DNA of 63,763 nt, the filler included. It is 13 parts of 13 records of this genome, joined end to end, with 100 filler letters (N's around TTAATTAATTAA, not from the genome) between each part and the next. Parts side by side here need not be neighbours in the genome. Positions count along the whole stretch, not along the records: positions 21,819 to 25,488 come from SRR15195285_2497; positions 25,589 to 28,692 come from SRR15195285_2500; positions 28,793 to 31,849 come from SRR15195285_2503; positions 31,950 to 39,026 come from SRR15195285_2506; 9 more parts are not named here. One strand, given 5' to 3'. Below the pieces are notes generated by a model. That model worked only from the letters and a program-made list of their open reading frames with translations. It was not told the origin of the DNA and did no database searches. The position numbers and the translations under genes were made by a program. Shown here one piece after another: positions 22,824 through 33,996 of the stretch. Position 1 is the stretch's first letter. The number at the start of each line of letters is the position of its first letter.

Positions 22824-25488
22824 ATGTCGACGAGGCGGCGGATGGCAGCGCGGGGGAATATGCGCGGCAGGGGCAGAAACTGGGTGGGGTGCACGGCAGT
22901 GCTACTGCTGGGGCTGGCGGGGACGGCGTGTGCGGGGGCCGGCCGGACGATTGAGGAAACGGAGTCGCTGCGTGTGGCGGCGTTCTGGCTGGTCTTTATC
23001 ATCCTGTCGCTGATGGTGGAGAAGATGTTCCACTTCTCCGAGCACTCGCTGGAGCACGCCGGGAAGAAGGGGTAACACGATACTGCTGCGCCCTTATGTC
23101 CGCCCCGCCAGCTGCCGCCGTCCTGCGCGGGACGGCGCTCGCCTGCTCCCCCACTGGCCGCCGCCGCCGCCACCGCCTCCGGCGCAGCACTTTCTGTCGA
23201 GTCGCTCACTCTGGTGGCGCGTGTCGCAGCGTCCTGGCCGCGGTCAGCAAGATCAAGGAGGAGCTCATGCTCATGGGATTCATCTCGCTGATGCTGCTGG
23301 CCTGCGAGGACCAGATCACCTACTTCTGCATCCCCGACGCGGTGGCCCAGTGGATCACGTGCGACAAGGACGATCCCAGCGCGACCTGTGGTCCCAATGA
23401 TGTGACGGCGGTTTTCGGCACGCCGTGCTGCACGCTCGGCGACTACTACTGGAGCCACCTGTACGAATCCAGTATAAAGGAGCCGCACCGCCGCATGCAG
23501 AACGCCTCGACCGAGGAGCTGATGCTCGTGCAAGCCGCCGACATGATGGGCGAGGCTTACTCGCACCGCCGCCTCGGAGCAGTCAACCGCCACAACTCTT
23601 TGCTGCGCACGACCTGCCCGTCCAAAAAGTACACGCTAGACGTGGGTTCGTACGGCGACCCCTTGATGCCGCCGGCCGTGCATCCGTTCGACTGCCCAGC
23701 AAATGGGCTCAAAGCATTCACGCACCTGCCCGGCGACAACGGCAACTATGACGAGGTCATGGATCCGAATACCGGTCACCGCTCTGGCCTGCAGGGTGGC
23801 AACAAGAACGAGGTTGGTGGCTTCACGAGCAACTCATTCATGGACCCGCAGGCCCTGCACCATGTGCACACGCTGATTTTTCTCACGGCTTGCTTTCACG
23901 TCTTTTTCACCGTCTGTGAGTGGCTCGATCTGCCCAGCCACCCGACTAGCTGCGTACGCGCGGCGCGCCGGCCGCCTCGCTTTCACGGGCCGTGGTTTTG
24001 GGTCTTGCCTGACACTGCGGACGAATGCTGCTCGCAGTGGTTATGATAATGGCTCAGTGGCGCATCACGAAGTGGTACGACTGGGAGTTCTACGGCGATG
24101 CAGAGGACGGCTCGGAGACCGTCGACAAACTTCGTAGCCCGCTCCCGATAAAGAACCCTGTGCTGGCTCTGATAGCGAACTGGCTGCACCAGTTCATCAG
24201 GACCGTGGACCCATACACATACATCGCGATCCGTCGCTACTATATCGTTCGCAATAACCTGGCCTGGGACTTCGAGTTCAATAAGGTGCTGCTGGACACG
24301 CAGGATGCCGACTTTGCCGAGCTGGTCGGTATCGAGCCGTGGATGTGGTGTGTCCTCATGGGCCAGTGTATCCTGGACGGCTGGACTACAAATGTATTTG
24401 TCAAGACTGTGGGCACGTGGATCTCGCTGTTCTTGACCATGGTGGTCGGCACAAAGCTCGTGTCCGTATTTCGCCACGTGGTGTACGGAGTGGCAGACCA
24501 CTACGACACGGAGCGCGACGGGGTTATTGACCAGAACGACCTCGACCGCCTGCAAGGGAAGGACGGTGACGTGGACCCGACCGAGCTTGATAGCGTCATC
24601 CCGAATTTTTGGTTTGATGAGCCGAAACACCTGCTGCAAGTACTCCGGTTTACCATGTTCCAGTTCTCGGTCACGCTCGCCGAGGTCGTGTTCTACTTGT
24701 GGCAGGTCTCCTCGGGCGCTTGCTACTTCCAGGCTCGCGGCCCTGTCATCTTCGTGGTTTTGCTCGTAGTCGCCTTCGCGTGCATTCTGCTCGGGTTTGT
24801 GACGGTGCCCCTATACTCCCTGGCGACCACGACCACGCACCACGACCACGACATCAAAAACCCGCACCGCAAGCCACTCAAAAAGACCCTCAAGACACAC
24901 GAAGCTGTGCTCAACGCTGACTTGAACCGCCTGAAGGTATCACTTGGTTTGGAGGAGGAAGTGGCGCCGGATACTGGTCCTGCTGGGGAGGGAGGATGGA
25001 AGGAGCAGTTACGCGAGAAGCAGAAGAAGGAGATCAAGGTCAACCGCGACCCCGTCAAGCAGGCCGAGATTGATGCGAAGAAGAAGATGCGCGGCACGTT
25101 CGAGTGGGCCATTCACATGAGTCAGCTGGAAGCGCGGATCAAGCTCGCCAGGGAGGAGCTGCAGGCCGCACAGCGCGTCAAGTCGCAGACGAAGGAAGAG
25201 CAGAAGGCCGCGATTGCAGATGCCAAAGCTGCGGCCATGGCGAAGGTGAAAGTAAACCAAGTTGCCCCGAGCTCACCGAGTCCTGGAGAGTCAGGTGAAA
25301 CATCGCCGCTCAAGCATACGGGAGACTTACCACCGGTTCCAGGAACACCTGCCAGTGATGTTGAGCAGGGCGACGCCACCCATGGTCAGGATGACGCCGC
25401 CCATGGTCAGGATGAGCATGGACATGAGCATGGAGAGCACGATGATGCGCATGGCGATGGGCACGGGCACGGGCACGGGCACGGGCAC
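22824..25488 (+). CDS. MLO: MLO-family seven-transmembrane protein with EF-hand-like loop and His-rich C-terminus, 3'-truncated
   Basis: IEET..., KIKEELMLMGFISLML, ALHHVHTLIFLTACFHV, FEFNKVL..DFAELVGI, VGTKL, FWFDEP..LL.VLRFTMFQ, VTVPLYSL; two GT-AG introns. Confidence 0.88.
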
Positions 25489-25588
25489 NNNNNNNNNNNN
25501 NNNNNNNNNNNNNNNNNNNNNNNNNNNNNNNNTTAATTAATTAANNNNNNNNNNNNNNNNNNNNNNNNNNNNNNNNNNNNNNNNNNNN

Positions 25589-26219
25589 CAGTTCCACAAA
25601 CCCTCCTGTCCTACGAGGGCAGAACGTACCTGCAGCTCGGGCTATGATCCGCGCGCCATGGGGTGGCGGGCCACCACTGTTTACAGGGATCCGTGCAACA
25701 TTGGATGTGAAACTCGACGGCGATGCCTATCGCCGACTGCGTGATGCCTCAAATGACCATGCTGGCTATCCAGCGCTGCAACCTCTTTTCGACAGCTACC
25801 TTGCTTGGTGGCAGGCCAGCTTTGGGATGAGCACAACAACTTCTGAGGGTGAGGTGGCCTCAACGGCCATGGAGGCCGAATCGGTCGATCCATTGGCACA
25901 GTCTGTGGTGATGTTTGACGTGCTAGCGGCGTATCTCGCATTCTCGCAGCGTGGGCTTGTGGTCGTCACGTTGTCCGCAGATTTCACCGATGATGGCTAT
26001 ACCGCAATTTCAGCGGACGAGGCAACGCGACGACAGCTGCCCACGGGATGCAACGTCTCTAAGGCACGTGTGCTACCTGCCAGCGCCGACCGTGATCAGG
26101 AGCTAGCAGACTTGCCCCTTGTAGGTATCGTGGTGGGTTGGCAGACTGCGAGTCAGTTGCGGCTTTTCAAACAAGAGCTATTGAACAGATTGCTTCGGGG
26201 AGGGCGCGCGTGTGAGTGA
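25589..26219 (+). CDS. C-terminal part of an inosine/uridine-preferring nucleoside hydrolase-like protein, 5'-truncated
   Basis: ATLDV and SVVMFDVLAAYLAF motifs plus DFTDDGYT resemble the IUNH C-terminus. Confidence 0.45.
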
Positions 26220-26925
26220 CCGGCTACGGGTGTAGCGACCAACAGCTGACATGCAACTTAGGTTCGTCATTGTGTTGGCACTCGCACGCCTCGGTGTGCC
26301 TGGAGCGCATAAAATGCAATAGTTAGAAGAGGGGAGATCCATTGTGGCGGTGGGCTCGTGTGCCATCCATGTATGTCTTGGGTGGTTTGTCGCCGCCCGT
26401 CTACAACCCGCGCGTACCTGGTCAGTGGCGCCGTGCTCGACATGTGTTCGTCCGCGAGTACCACCAGCACGTACACGCTTTCCACGGTTTCGAGAGATAT
26501 CTTGGGCACTAGAGCTTCCCCATAACGTCCACAATATGCCATGCAACAGCAGCCTAGGGAGGCCTGAATCCGCGTAGGAATTCTAGGGAGAGCAGATCTC
26601 GGCTTGGCCACTCTCATGCCTTGATCTGCAGGTGATGACAAAGGGCAAAAGGCGGGCCTTATGCCCTTTGTCACACTAGGCATGCACGTGGCCATAGCGA
26701 AGGCATGCTAGGCTACTAGGTGGCGCAAGTTTAACCCTTTATGCGCAGGCATACTCTTGGCCAATGAAAGTTGGCATAGTTTGTAGATAGCGTCTAGGCA
26801 TAAGGCGCCTTGCGCTCGGTGTCAATATATTCTAACTGTAGATCAATCAAATCTACTTCAGTCGGTTGAAGAACCCAGGCCCACACTCTTCGGCAGGCGT
26901 CTTCGCTCGCCCTACTTTCAGCCAT

Positions 26926-28415
26926 TTACTCGATGGCGACGTCCGCACACGTATTCCATACCTGCGGAGTCTGCTCACCTGTGCAAGCAACAAAACCGTG
27001 CGACGAGAGTTAGCGAGACACCAGCTGCTTAGATTATGCGCTGATCATCTCGCCTGAGAAGACACTAGGAATGCCCGTGGGAGCTCACAGTCCCAGCGCC
27101 AACTGAGAACGTAGTCCCCAGGCGCGTCTGGCACGTGGATATTGTCCACCATCGAGTACACGAACATACCGTCCGGTCGCGAGGTGCCCCCGTTTGCCAC
27201 GTGGGCCTGGTCGTGGCCGTAGCCTTCTTTCCACGGCGGTGCGAATTGCGTCCCAGTGCTGCACCCCGGTGTGCGTGTGGGTGCGCCCGGCTGATGCTCG
27301 TACACGTCTCTGTAGTACTGGCATGTACCAAGGTAGCAGCCTGAGGCTGACGTAAGGCATGGATTCCCATCGCACGTGCCCATCGGATTGACGCTGCCAC
27401 AAGTTGGGCCGCGCGGGCCGTCGTCCATGCCAGAGTCGCAATTGCAGGCGGGAATCGGATTGCGGCGGAACGTGCTGCCGGCTGGGATTGTGCCCCGCGA
27501 GACGTCCATCGCAGGGATCTCAAAATCGGGACGAGAGTCGTCATGGTAGCGGATTGTTGTGGTATCGTCCGCAAACTCAAGTGGGTGCTTCCGAAAGCAC
27601 TCCTCTGTGAGGGAACTGCCCTTCGGGCACAGTCGGTACTGATCTGCGTGCCAAGGTGCGCAACAGCCTGCCATTAATGGGTCGCATCGTCGAGTGTACG
27701 CCACGGACGCTACAATAAGACTCACAGCCACCGCCGTGATTGACATAGAGGCTCCATGCTACCTCCGCAGTGCCGCCCGCTTTCCAGGTGGTTTTGTTGT
27801 TCGGGAGCTGCGGCAGCTTCGAGCCTGGCGTGCCACTCGGCTCGCCACCGCCGCGTCCAGGGACATTCCCAATATGCCCGTTCGAGACACCACATCTGCC
27901 GTGCAACAACGCACCCTTTCAGTGTCGACGAGACAAATCCGTGCATCAGCACAGGCTGGCTCGCACGGGTCCACCGAAGCCGCGGAGCCAGGCGCTCTCC
28001 ATGGCATAAATTTGGTGAAGTCGCCAGCCTTTGACCGGTTGTTGATGTTCCAGGTGCGCATCTCCTGCGGCAGCGTGTCGGCACCCGGGATCGTGGTGTC
28101 CATGCCGGGGCCGACCGGCTCGCCGTTGACGGTGCAGTTCATCGAGAAAGGAGTCACGTAGCCATTGCCGCCGGATAGTGGCCCCTCTCCAACCGTGCAC
28201 CGATCGCAACCGCCGTTGCAGCCCACGTTGTACCAGTGGCACGCGCCTGACACGCAGCCAACTCCCGAGGAGCCGCGCCCACCCGCAGTTGGCACTATCG
28301 GGGCGCCACCCGAAGCGCGCGATGCAGGAATCGTGAGGGATCCGTGGGCGGCGGCGAGAAGCGGCAGCGAGAGACGCGCTATCACGCCCGCAGATGCCCT
28401 CGCCCGCGGACCCAT
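26926..28415 (-). CDS. Secreted LPMO-like copper protein (histidine brace), 4 exons
   Basis: Signal peptide ending LAAA followed directly by HGSLTIPASR (His codon 28344-28346); NHGGGYQYRLCP; PGDYVLSWRWDCEQTPQVWNTCADVAIE; three GT-AG introns restore the frame. Confidence 0.82.
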
Positions 28416-28792
28416 CCCGTTCGGTAGGCCACACTACCCCGCGGTTCGTGCCGGCGTGCGTGCACGCCCGCGCCGCCGCAGACGCGCGGTCGTGCGCGCA
28501 CCGCCCGTGCACTGTACTAGTAGGAATTCCTAGTGCCGTGTTGCGTGTAGATCCACTGCTACCATCATTGACAGTGTCGCGGTATCATTTTACACGTAGG
28601 ATTCCTATACCGTAATCGTGGAGAATGCTTGCAACTCGAGCCGAGCTATTAGGAAAACGAAGAACGGCAACCTAGCGTAGTGCTTCTGTGCGNNNNNNNN
28701 NNNNNNNNNNNNNNNNNNNNNNNNNNNNNNNNNNNNTTAATTAATTAANNNNNNNNNNNNNNNNNNNNNNNNNNNNNNNNNNNNNNNNNNNN

Positions 28793-30280
28793 GTCGCGAC
28801 GAGGGCGTATACGAAGAGGACCTCTTCCATCAACGCATCCACAGCGTATTGCAACGTCATGCTGCCAAGTACAGCAGCAGCAGCTCAACGGCGCCACTCT
28901 TCTTGACGTATGCTGCACGCATCGCGCACTACCCCATCCAGGCGCCGATCGCCTACCAAAAGCTGCCAAACATCGCGCCAATTGACGTTCCACACCGCAG
29001 GGTCTATCACGCGCAGATTGAGTACCTTGACTCGCAGCTTGGGAACCTGACCACGGCGTACAAAGAGCTCGGGCTCTGGGGTGCGAACCATCTTGAGACC
29101 CATCTGGTTATCGCTCTGTGGATACTGACAGTCTGACTGCGTTGTCGGTCTGAGTGTTCTGAACAGACAATACCCTGATGGTTCTCACAAGTGACAACGG
29201 TGGTTACACCAGAGCACTAGGTCCATGTAGCACGGAGGACCCGATCAAGGGTGTGACGTGCATGACAGGCGAGGCAGGGGCAAACAACTACCCTATGCGT
29301 GAGCGATCGACCGGACCTTACAGCCTGCCCTTAGTCCACGCCCTCCACTACATCTGTGCTCATTCCGTCAAGACTCGCTTCAGCACGTTTGCTCGGTTGG
29401 CTGCGTTGGCTTTTTGGGCGCAAATACAGGTGGTGGCAAATACAGTTTTTTCGAAGGAGGAATCAGGGCCAACAGCTTCGCGTCTGGCGGATACCTCCCA
29501 GTCACCGTCCGTGGCACTGTCCTGCATGGGCTGATGCACGTGGCCGACTGGTTCGCGACATACTGCGCACTCGCCGGAGTCGATCCCACCGACACAGTTG
29601 GCGAGAAAGCTGGATTGCTGCCGATCGACTCTCTCAACGTGTGGCCGATGCTCTCAGGTGCAAACCTCACATCGCCACGCAGCGAGCTCTTCATGAATGC
29701 CGACAATGCCAAAGGTGGTGGCTGTCTGATCCAAGGTGATTGGAAGCTCCTGACGGGGAAGATCAGTTCGGCCTCCTGGGCCGGACCCACCTATCCCAAT
29801 GCATCATCCATCGATAACACCCTCGACCAGTACACTGCCCATTGTGGTGGTGGTCCACCACCACCAGCTCTCCCAGAGAGCTGCGACCCGAAGGCATTCC
29901 TCGAGCTTTGCGGCAGCACTGACAGCACCACGTGTCTCGAGTGCGCACGCGCGCACAACGACATGCCGGCAATCCACAGCTGTATTGGTGTCGACATTTG
30001 GCCAGCCATTTGCTCTGGAAGTTTCGATCGCGAAGGCGGCCGTCGTGGTTGTCTGTACAACGTCGGGCAGAACGGCTCCTGGACCGAGCACGAGGATCTC
30101 TCAGCGCAGTACCCCGAGATTCTGGACAAGATGGTAGCCCGCCTTTCTGTCCTCTCGCAGGGCTTCTGGAATCCGAACTCGACTACCAAGAGCGCAGCCT
30201 ACTCGGCGACATGCCAGAACGCCAAGACCGTGCAGACTCAGAAGTGGAGCAACTTCTATGGACCGTTTTGCGAGCTATAG
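28793..30280 (+). CDS. Arylsulfatase (S1, ARSB-like), 5'-truncated, multi-exon
   Basis: PLFLTYA...HYPIQAP, LW|DNTLMVLTSDNGG, NNYPMR|GGKYSFFEGGIR, LMHVADWFATY, DSLNVWPML, GDWKLL. Confidence 0.9.
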
Positions 30281-30453
30281 GTTGTATCGTGGTGCAGGAG
30301 CTAAGGTTGCGAAGCTCTAGATCGACGACGGACTGACATTAGTCACCCATAAACTACAGTTATTGAGTCATGCCACCGAGATACAATCGTTGTACATTGT
30401 ACGTGCAGGCAAGCCTGCCAACAATTGTACGCATCAAACTCGTAGAAGTATGC

Positions 30454-31632
30454 TCACACAAGACCTTCGATGATGGCGAGCTCGATCGACTCGAAATCGA
30501 TAGGTTCTTTCCCGTCTGAACTCTTCTCGTATAGCAGGCCAACACGCCCACCCGGCAGCGCCGCAAGAGAGCTGTAGGCGGAGGGCCCCTCGAATACTTG
30601 CAGAACGTCGCGCCACTCATCACCGTTGCCGTCCGGACACAACGACACGCTCATATTCTTGCGCCCAAGAGGACAGGGAACGATATCAGAGTTCGGGTGC
30701 GAGAAGAGCAGGGCGTCTCCAACGCGAAGCACGGAGGTTGGCACGTCAGGAACGAGAGGGGCAGTGTGCTGTGTACAAGGTGCCTCGAACGACTCGCCTC
30801 CATCGTTGGAAATGCACCAAATGTAGTCATAGCGATGGTCACTATCCCGCATCTGCATGACAACACTGCCGTTGCGCAATTGCACCGCCTGACTCTCGCC
30901 ACCGTGAGGCAAAGGCTGCCCAAGCCGCCAGCTTTCGCCGTTGTTATCGGAAAGTAGTGCTCCTTTCCCATTGCGCGGGAACACCAAGCGCCCGTCGTGA
31001 TCACTACCTGCGATCATTGCTAGCTGCAACCCCGACCCGACTCCGCCGTCGCGTTGAGGATAGCTCTCCTCAATTTCGCGTTCCGAAGACCAACTGCCAC
31101 CATGAGTCGTAGACACGCGCACCAGCTGGGTGCAGTTCTGGAACACAGAGCGCCCTGGTGGGGCGCCGGGTGGGACTGGACAGCGAACATAGGCGAGCCA
31201 CATGTGCGTGGTGGCCTCATCTACGAGCAGCAATGGGTTGGTGTACAGCGTGCTGCGGTTCGACTCGGCGATGACTTCCACGTCGCCGAACGTCTCTCCG
31301 CCGTCCACGCTGCGCCTGATCACGATGTCTTTCGAGTAGCACTGCCAGTCGTAAAGAGAGGCCAGCTGCCCCCAACATAGCGACACGTTGCCAACGGGAG
31401 CGCCACGGCCTTGCGGTGCCCGTCCCTCCGCCGCTGCAACCAGCGTGTGGCCGTCTGTCGCCGCCGCCAAGCTCGGAATGCGGTAGGTGTGATAGCCACC
31501 ACTGAGCTGTGCAAAAGCCTGCGTGCGGTGCACGATTCGTGGCGTCAATGGCAGCGATGCGGCGGCGGCGGCGGCGGCTGCGGTCAGCAGAACAGCTAGA
31601 GCAGCCAGCGGAACAGCGAGCGAGGAGGCCAT
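30454..31632 (-). CDS. Secreted sialidase (GH33, BNR/Asp-box propeller)
   Basis: Signal peptide from ATG 31632; YRIPSL; Asp boxes SVDGGETF, SDNNGESW, SNDGGESF; ESQAVQL...MR; GRKNM; SAYSSL; LLYE. Confidence 0.9.
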   Translation of the reverse strand: MASSLAVPLAALAVLLTAAAAAAAASLPLTPRIVHRTQAFAQLSGGYHTYRIPSLAAATDGHTLVAAAEGRAPQGRGAPVGNVSLCWGQLASLYDWQCYSKDIVIRRSVDGGETFGDVEVIAESNRSTLYTNPLLLVDEATTHMWLAYVRCPVPPGAPPGRSVFQNCTQLVRVSTTHGGSWSSEREIEESYPQRDGGVGSGLQLAMIAGSDHDGRLVFPRNGKGALLSDNNGESWRLGQPLPHGGESQAVQLRNGSVVMQMRDSDHRYDYIWCISNDGGESFEAPCTQHTAPLVPDVPTSVLRVGDALLFSHPNSDIVPCPLGRKNMSVSLCPDGNGDEWRDVLQVFEGPSAYSSLAALPGGRVGLLYEKSSDGKEPIDFESIELAIIEGLV

Positions 31633-32086
31633 TGTCGAGCGATCCCACACTCTCAGGCTCTTTCGAACTCGTGGCCACCCATGTACCTGCGCTCCCGCCG
31701 CGGCGTTCCGGCGCCTGCAGCGTGCAGCCTCACCCGTACACATGCGCGCAGCGACCCGCGCCGCCCACGCACGCACAAGAACATGCAGCACGGCTCCCCA
31801 GCAGTCGATCCGGTCTTCAAATGCATGTACATGTACCCAGGTTGAAATTNNNNNNNNNNNNNNNNNNNNNNNNNNNNNNNNNNNNNNNNNNNNTTAATTA
31901 ATTAANNNNNNNNNNNNNNNNNNNNNNNNNNNNNNNNNNNNNNNNNNNNCAGCAGGATGATAGTGCAGATAAGGAGCTATAAATTGGATCGGCCTGCCAA
32001 GACCGTGCCGCCATTCGCCCTCTCGGTTGCACGATCTGGTTCTTTTGCCCGCTTGCCTGATGCGGGCGGCTGAGGTTGAAGAAGGT

Positions 32087-33164
32087 TTATTGGCCCGGTG
32101 GCAGCGGCACAGGTGGTATCGGTGCTGGTACTCGGACACTGCTACCCGGCGCAGACCTAGAATCAGGGCTGCAGTCGCCGTGCGTGGGGCATGGGGGCGC
32201 TTGCACGTCCAGGTCGCTGCTACTAGGTGGCATTGGTAGCTCGGCCTCTTCATCCTGTCCTGCCCCCTTCCCGGGCGGCTTGCCGCCCGCGGGTGTGGTC
32301 ACACTAGGCCTCTCCCACACTGTGTCGCGCGTCACCGGATGCCACCAGTACGGGCGTTCGTATGTCCGAGACCACGCCGGGCGCCAGGCGACATCGGAGG
32401 GATCGTCCTGACCCGTTTCGGCGTGTGCTGCGGCCTCCTGCAAGACCTGTGCTTTGGTGTCGCGGAGCCACTGCACACACGTGCGCAGCAACTCCTGGCG
32501 CGTAGGATTCAGCGTGTTGTATTTCTGCTGCTCCGCTTGCCCGGCCATCTCCAGTCGATGGCGCAGCCACTGCTTCATTTCAGACCGATCCAAAGTTTTG
32601 AGCACATCTTCCGTGTAAGCCTTCGGCAGAGCCTTGATGAAGCTCCCTCCAGGCGGGAGTGACGTCGGCACGGTCACGAAGTGCGCCCGGCCATCAGGCG
32701 AAAAGATCTTGCACACCGCGCCAGGTGCGATGGCCGTCGGCACTTTGATCACCATCGTGATCCAGTCATCGAATGACGAGCTATCCGCCGGCAAGGGCTG
32801 CTCCAGCTCATGCAGCGACCTCCGGGTCGTGGTCCCTGTCAACTCCTCCGCACTGTCCCCGTCCTGTTCCGTGAAATCGCCCTCTGAGCAATTATCCGCC
32901 CCGAATTTGCCGCTCAGTGACTCGCTCGCGCTGCAGTTGGCGCCGTTGATCTGTAAGCAACGCCGCGCAAGTGCTCTCCGGTGAGTCCGCCACGCGCAAG
33001 CAGCATTTCAGCGGGATCACACAACAGGCAGAACACAGCCGACGCGGACGCACCGTTCCCGTGACCCGCATCCGCTTCGCTGGACGCGGCGTGTCGACAA
33101 AGTCTAGCTCTGCCGCGAGCTGAAACGCCGTATCGGCCAGCTCCTCCGCGAGCGAGGCTGACAT
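32087..33164 (-). CDS. WW-domain protein, 2 exons
   Basis: WRPAWSRTYERPYWWHPVTRDTVWERP; exon 1 MSASLAEELAD... splices into the 32087-32842 frame. Confidence 0.7.
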
Positions 33165-33996
33165 CGCGACGACCAAGGGCCACAAGTGCCGCCTCGTCAC
33201 CAACCCCTCACTCCCCCACCCACATCCCCATCCCACCCACCCTCACCTCCCCACCCACCGCGCCTGCCGCAACCTCCACCGCCTGACTTCCGCCCAAAAT
33301 TCGCACGCAAAGCGCTCCAAACAGCGACAAGACCCGCGTTTCCGCTCGGCGTGGGTCCCAGGTTCCGAGCCGACGAGCGAGCACCCGCGGCAGGCAGGAA
33401 CTTGCAGGCACGCACGACGCAGGCAGGCAGGCAGACCACAGCTTGCGGTCTCTCGAGTGTCGCTGTCGGGCGAGATCGGCCGGGAGGCATGTCCAGTGTG
33501 TGTTTTCGTACCGGTATTACGGTATGATCTAATGAAGCAATGCATTGTGCAAGGCGCCTGCGCAGTCCAGCTCCAGGCACCGGAGACTCGAGAGCAGGCA
33601 GGCCGAAAATCAAAATGGCAAATTGAAATGATCAACATGGAGCCACCGTATCAGATTCCGGTATCCCGTATATTCGAACAGCACCCTCGGCGCCTCGGGT
33701 CGGTCCGAGACGACGGGTTCAGAACCCCTTCCGGGTACGGATCCGTGTATAAACTACTGTATAATATCAATACCGCACGATTCATAGTGTACACATGTGT
33801 ACACGTTGTGATCCCAACGGCGGCGAGCAGTTGAAGCGCGTCGCGCCCGCGATGCTGTGGCCGTCCCGGACGGCCAGGGGAGAGGGGTGATATCACTCAC
33901 TCCAATCAGGCTAAATAGGGTGGGTCTTGGACTTATGCATCGGGTGGGGTCAGGTATAACGACACAAGCCTTCACGTAGAAACACGTCCCTCGGGG

